The notes below the pieces were generated by a model. That model searched no databases and was not told where the DNA came from. It saw only the letters and a program-made list of their open reading frames with translations. A stretch of 64,000 nucleotides of DNA, taken from the NCBI GenBank assembly GCA_907165135.1, contig OU015568.1, positions 12,090,001 to 12,154,000 of the forward strand, in the 5' to 3' direction. The position numbers were made by a program, and so were the translations under genes. Every line of letters begins with the position of its first letter. The first letter of the stretch is position 1. Shown here in pieces: positions 62,400 through 64,000 of the stretch. The DNA comes from Oikopleura dioica (lineage: Eukaryota; Animalia; Chordata).

Positions 62400-64000
62400 A
62401 GCTACCTTTTAAATGTTCCATTTGCAAGATAACACCATTTTTCAATCTAAAAAGCTTAAGCTGTTCCAGATCTTTGACTTTCTGCTTCATTTGTAAGAGT
62501 AAATCCATTATTTCAACTTCAGTCTTGTCCTCTGCCCAGCCGAGAACGTCTGCTTCAGACGTTGCTTCTGCGTGTAATTCCTAAAGCAAGTTACAATCTG
62601 TCCACTAGAAACAGTCTCTTTACCAATATCTTGTCTCTCATTTCAATTTTCTTTCGCTCCAACCATCCGAAGAAATTCGGTCTTCTGAAAAACTCCCGAT
62701 ACAGTGATGTCCAGTCGCCAGTTATTGACGATGTCAATTGGGGTCCCGATCGACTCAAGCTTTGTAGAAATGTTTTCACCTAAAAGAATTGATAGGAAAG
62801 GGGAAAGTAAAGAGGGGGAACTTCGAAAGGATGAGGCGGAGGAGGAGGTTTAAAAGGGTCGATTTGCTTTTTCAATGGCATAAGCGAGGAGATGTATCTT
62901 TCCAGGGGAAACTCAAAGCTTCTCGTCAGCGTTGCGAAATATCTAAAATTCGTGAACAGAGGGCCCTTGGATTAGACAACAAACCTTCTGATCATTGCAG
63001 AAGCAACTTCAGGTGGCCTTCTGGTGTTACTTAAAACATTCTTCACGACTTTTTCTATGCTGGCCTTGTCCTTGTCCAAATAGCCAGTATGTTTTGAAAA
63101 GAAGCCAGGATTGAGTTCGAGCGTTTTGATCTTGTCCAGAGATTTAGTCTTCTTGGACATCTTGTCGTTCAAACCACCGCATTTCAAAACGTGTGGCCAC
63201 TAGAAAAAATGTGTGGGTTTGAGAGAGTGAAATAGTCTTTTACCTTGGTAAGAGTTTTGCAGAAAAATGGATTCGTGACGCCAAGCATAAGCCCTTGGCG
63301 CCGTTTATTTTGATCGGTTGAACTGTCGGAATTATTGGTGAATGGCTGCGTCAGATCTTTGAAGTCAGAGTCGTGGATAGTAAAGTAAGGCCGCATTTCG
63401 TTACAGTAATGAAACGGCCTTATGAGTGAGGTAAGCCCTAGAACAGCTTGAGAGCACTGCTCAGGCGTCGCAGAGACGACCAGAAGTGGCTCACCAAGAA
63501 GAGTTAGCTCCCAAAGAACACCAAGATGATAGAAGGCGGTGTAGAGAGGACGGTAGAGATCGAGATCGGATATTTGAGGAATAAGAGTTGTTCCGCGGCT
63601 TGGAGCCATTGTCGGAAGGAGTTGATTGGACTCGACGGAGCTGTAGATTCGATTTTATTTTTCGAAATCAAGGAAGATAATATCTCACCGAACAGTTTGC
63701 GCCTCTCCGTACGCTGGCAATCTGACTCGCAGAACACTTCCTAAAAAGGGCAACTCCATCGTTTCACCCGCGATGGGACTGGGCCATCTATTAACCGCAG
63801 CCGCCATAGATTCTAGTGCCGCTTCTCCTTTGGAAAAGAACTCGGGCGCGGTGAGATCGATAATGTGTCGGAACAAGTTGTGGAATGGTAATTGAGATAG
63901 GATGATAACTGCTTTTTGATAAAAGCCACGGTGGATGCTTGCATCGCGTACTTGGCGGAAAAAGGCAATGCCGGAGAAATGACGAGTTTCTGGCTCGAGG
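62400..64000 (-). CDS. DENND6: DENN domain protein 6 (FAM116), 5' part outside window
   Basis: [55 protein letters not shown] match DENND6A/B motifs. 3' end approximate. Confidence 0.9.

Noticed and set aside
1-64000. tRNA, rRNA, snRNA or SL RNA genes
   Set aside because: None recognised by eye; a covariance-model search (tRNAscan-SE, Infernal/Rfam) would be needed to exclude them.

Overview
Compact eukaryotic (animal) genomic DNA, most likely the larvacean tunicate Oikopleura dioica. This is an inference from the dense genes, many 34-50 bp introns, a GA-AG intron and operon-like gene spacing. The window opens with a 55-56 bp hairpin-bearing satellite interrupted by a TTAA-flanked MITE, followed by a foldback element and a non-autonomous hAT. 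About 20 genes follow: Phox2, a SEA-like membrane protein, a Cache/alpha2delta-like protein, PNRC, a cbEGF matrix protein, a GlyT2-like SLC6, a catalytically dead PLA2-fold protein, a trypsin-like protease, a CUB-MAM-sushi protein, a 4-TM protein, a TSP1/mucin protein, a matrin-ZnF/SAP protein, a CAP protein, an M13 peptidase, a TSSK-like kinase, torsin, BOLA2, SRP68, a degenerate RING ORF, a BTB-BACK-Kelch protein and DENND6. The most striking object is a full-length 3670 bp hAT transposon (31205-34874, 8 bp TSD) inserted in a host coding exon. Its transposase has 8 introns, 7 of which carry the same palindromic 13-mer TTGGGnnnCCCAA (about 29 copies, not noticed in its exons or in host introns). 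Introns 4 and 6 are near-identical copies at unrelated positions and phases, which looks like an intron family propagating inside a transposase gene. Exon boundaries were read by eye; gene ends flagged approximate may be off by tens of bases.
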